DNA of 63,854 bases from Elusimicrobiota bacterium (GTDB lineage Bacteria; Elusimicrobiota; Elusimicrobia; Elusimicrobiales; UBA9959): assembly GCA_003450815.1 (NCBI GenBank), contig DMES01000073.1, positions 1-63,854 of the forward strand. Direction: 5' to 3'. A model generated the notes under the pieces. It made no database searches. It was not told the origin of the DNA and saw only the letters and a list, made by a program, of their open reading frames with translations. Positions 63,286 to 63,854 of the stretch are shown here, one piece after another (position 1 is the first letter of the stretch; every line of letters starts with the position of its first letter). The translations under genes were made by a program, and so were the position numbers.

Positions 63286-63562
63286 GCTTCGACTTGCGGT
63301 AGGAGCGGATCTCCTCGGCGACCAAAGCGGCGCTCAGCTTGTCCGCGCCGGCCTTCCGCGCGGCGCCCCGCAGCGTGTCCACGGCGCCCCGCAGGCGCGC
63401 GGCCCGGACGGCCTGCAGCATCGGCTCCAGCTGGACCTCGTCGATGGAGACGAGCAGGGCCACCGGCTTGCCGCGATAGGTGACCACGGCGGGATCCTCC
63501 CCGCTCTCATGGAGGATGGAGGAGGCGTTGAGGCGGAAATCGCGGATGTTGACGAAGTGCAT
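63278..63562 (-). CDS. Phd/YefM antitoxin
   Basis: VNIRDFR..S.IL...VVTYRGKPVALL; GGAGG SD; overlaps PIN gene. Confidence 0.9.
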   Translation of the reverse strand: MHFVNIRDFRLNASSILHESGEDPAVVTYRGKPVALLVSIDEVQLEPMLQAVRAARLRGAVDTLRGAARKAGADKLSAALVAEEIRSYRKSKRA

Positions 63563-63727
63563 GGCACCTCCAACGGAGTGTGTATGGTTATCTTAAGTGT
63601 ACCAGAAGGAAGCGCTGGATTCAACCCGTCCCATGACCGCCGTCTTTGCGCGCTCCGCACCGGATATGGTAAGAATACCGCTCGGTCGTGCGATATAGAC
63701 GCTCTTTAAGGAAGGTCAACGAACCCT

Positions 63728-63854
63728 ATGAAGATCGGCATCCCGGCGGAGATCCAGGAAGGCGAGCGGCGCGTCGCCGTCGCCCCCGAGACGGTCGCGG
63801 ACTTGAAGAAGCTCGGCGTCGAGTTCCTCATCGAGGCCGGCGCGGGCGCGAAGG
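63728..63854 (+). CDS. pntA: NAD(P) transhydrogenase alpha subunit N-terminus (3'-truncated); alanine dehydrogenase is less likely
   Basis: MKIGIPAEIQEGERRVAVAPETV...IEAGAG. Confidence 0.72.
   Translation, partial: MKIGIPAEIQEGERRVAVAPETVADLKKLGVEFLIEAGAGAK

Overview
Bacterial chromosomal window from an anaerobe. The gene style is reminiscent of Elusimicrobiota, but that is inference only. 1-20 kb: a group 3 [NiFe]-hydrogenase large subunit with a maturation protease, an AbiE-type toxin-antitoxin pair, RNase H, a TPM/nucleotidyltransferase/LemA triad, an aldehyde dehydrogenase, a CheY/CheC pair, and an 11-gene complex-I-like group 4 [NiFe]-hydrogenase operon. 22-25.6 kb and 44.6-47.9 kb: two co-oriented blocks of uncharacterised genes (a DUF6754-type protein plus three membrane proteins; a GlmL-like ASKHA ATPase plus a hybrid-motif/KOW protein) that may be halves of one undescribed membrane machine. 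25.8-36 kb: a surface-glycan cluster with three B12-dependent radical SAM enzymes. 39-44.4 kb: an AT-richer island whose (FN3-CLec)x2 surface protein has C-termini resembling diversity-generating-retroelement (DGR) variable regions, with no RT or template repeat seen in the window. 50-54 kb: dtd, an M20 peptidase and an OPT transporter. At about 54.75 kb, inside glmS, composition jumps abruptly to very high GC (possible chimera or recombination). The high-GC part carries a GH3 glucosidase, a hybrid kinase, an IS91-like relic riddled with small structured insertions, a DUF5674 pair, a PIN/Phd TA pair and the start of pntA. Intergenic DNA is unusually rich in families of structured dispersed elements with compensatory base changes. 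No rRNA, tRNA or CRISPR array was seen. All family calls come from motif recognition by eye, not from database searches.
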